NCBI RefSeq assembly: GCF_006345805.1
Contig: NC_042997.1
Location: 41,416,001-41,480,000, forward strand
Length of the DNA stretch: 64,000 nucleotides
Direction of reading: 5' to 3'
DNA from: Octopus sinensis
Lineage: Eukaryota
The notes beneath the pieces are model-generated. The model saw only the letters and a program-made list of their open reading frames with translations. It ran no database searches and was not told the origin of the DNA. Below, in pieces: positions 62,052-64,000 of the stretch (position 1 is the stretch's first letter; every line of letters begins with the position of its first letter). The position numbers were made by a program, and so were the translations under genes.

Positions 62052-64000
62052 ATTATTATCAGTATCAATAACATTAATATGCTTAGTTTTGTTTGTTTTT
62101 GTATGTATGTACGCGTGGCGTGTGTCACACTTATTGCAAAGAAGTGAGTGGTAAAGCGAGAGAGAGGAAAAAAGAGAGAGAGAGAATAAGAGAAAGAGAG
62201 AGAGAGAGAGAGTGAGAGTGAAAGAGAGAGAGAGTGAGAGGCAGTGATTGGTGTTGGTGTTTGTATTGTTTTGAATGTTGATATGTTACATACACACATT
62301 GTTAAATCAAAAGAGAGGAGGGACACAGAGGAAGTGAGAGAGAAAGTGATAGAAATAGTAGATACATAGATCCAAAGAAAAGTTGATACATAGACACGTA
62401 GTTAAATCAAAGCAAATAACTGCAGCAAGTATTGGATGTCACTATCGCTTTTCATTACCACACGAGGATAAGATTAACTCGCAAGTGGCTGAGTACTCCA
62501 CGGACATGCATATCATTATCTCAGCCTCACACAGAAATTGACAAGGCTTGCCCCTTTGAATTACAGCTAGAATTCATTTTGGCCAGCTGAGTGAACTGGA
62601 GCAAGACAGACCTTCAAGAGATTGGAAGAAAACAAATAAAGATCTTATATAGGGGCAGGAAAATCATTTTAATCTTTAGGTTCAATATGGATGTTAATCC
62701 AATCATAACAGTGGCATTTGTGGGCCTCACAGATCAGGAGGCAAAGCCCCCAGATCACAGGCTGTTATTATCAAACTGAGTGTGAGTCGAGGGTGAATAC
62801 ACGACGGAATAGCAATAATTTCGTCTTAGCTTTCATTGATAATGCTAAACACACGACATTTTTGACTTACGATTTGGAGCATTTCCTTTTCTTTCACTCT
62901 TTTTAAAAAATGGCCCTCCATTAGTTATGATGATGAGGTTCCTGTTTATCTGATCAACGAAACAGTCTGCTCATAAAATTAACATGCAAGTGGCTGAATA
63001 CTCCACAGACATGCATACCATAAGTTAGTTCTCAGGAAGATTCAGCCTCACACAGAATGTTACAGGGCTGACCCCTTTGAATTACAGCTACGACTCACTT
63101 TTGAAAGCTGAGTACACTGCAGCAAAGTGAAGTAGAGTACCTTGCTCAAAAACACAGTGCACCGCAGGGAATCATTCTCGTGACTTTACGATCATGGGCC
63201 GAATACACCTAAGCACCTTCACCCTCTTAACCGTAGAGAAAAGGAATGAAGTGAGAGAGACAGAGAAAGGAAAGCCTCAGTCATTTAAAATGACAATTAG
63301 ACTGGAATACGATCGATCTTTCCTTGCTTCTTTACTCTTAACAATGAAGAAGAGGGAAAGTCTTTCATTCTGGCAGTTCTAGAACAATCCACTGTTACTT
63401 CTCTCTTCTTTCCTCCCATCTCCAGTACTTATTCACCTCCTTTCATAGTTCTTCATGTCTTTTAGTTGGGGGGAAAGACCACGTTAATTATTTTCAGGCA
63501 TGTTTAATGTTTTCTCCACAAACTACAATCAAGCCCCCACTCTGTTCTTTTTCTTTTCATACGAAAACTAATCCAAATTTCGAACAGGGTACAGCTGTGA
63601 AAAGAGCCCAGAAAAATGAGTAATACCCCCTACAAAATGGGTGGGGGAGAAAAGTTGCCGACAGGTGGCTACATGAAGTTCAACTCTATACTTTAAAGAG
63701 TGTCTTCTACTAAAGAGTGTCTACTGACCAAAGCCTCATGAGTGAATTTGGTAGATGGAAACTGAAAGAAGCCCATCATATATATATTAATGGGGAAAGC
63801 TTGGTCTGCAATGTTTGCAGTCGTGAATGCTTGTCAAGAGCAGGCCTCGTCACTCACCAACAGAGCCACAAATGCAAAATATAAGTTAGTCCAAGAGTGC
63901 ACAATGTTCCTGAAGGTCAGCAATGGTCTTCCTTGGTCACACCTAATTAAACACACACACTCTCTCTCACAATGATAAAAAGAAATATAATTTATGGTCT

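Overview
AT-rich, microsatellite-laden eukaryotic DNA. The repeat families (RTE LINEs, tRNA-derived SINEs, TAA-associated R4/Dong LINEs) suggest an octopus-like cephalopod genome; this is an inference. Most of the window is decayed transposons: RTE, RTE-BovB, R4/Dong, Tx1, CRE, Tc1/mariner, hAT, Helitron and at least three SINE families. Host coding content is sparse: (i) one minus-strand PARP14-like macrodomain exon at 5061-5309; (ii) an intronless 735-aa signal-peptide, multi-pass membrane protein of a family I cannot name at 19023-21230 (-); (iii) an inverted, 5'-truncated but still open paralog of it at 33257-34123 (+); (iv) three RRM-type exons of a plus-strand PARP14-like gene at 53401-60294. 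Membrane gene plus PARP-like sequence therefore occurs in mirror image on the two strands. Other notable structure: type I hammerhead ribozyme motifs (best at 17789-17875), several foldback inversions, junctions carrying short tandem or templated insertions, co-oriented trains of R4/Dong LINEs in (TAA)n, and a variable-copy 67-bp hairpin array in RTE 3' UTRs. All coordinates and alignments were read by eye; no searches were run, and TE boundaries are approximate.
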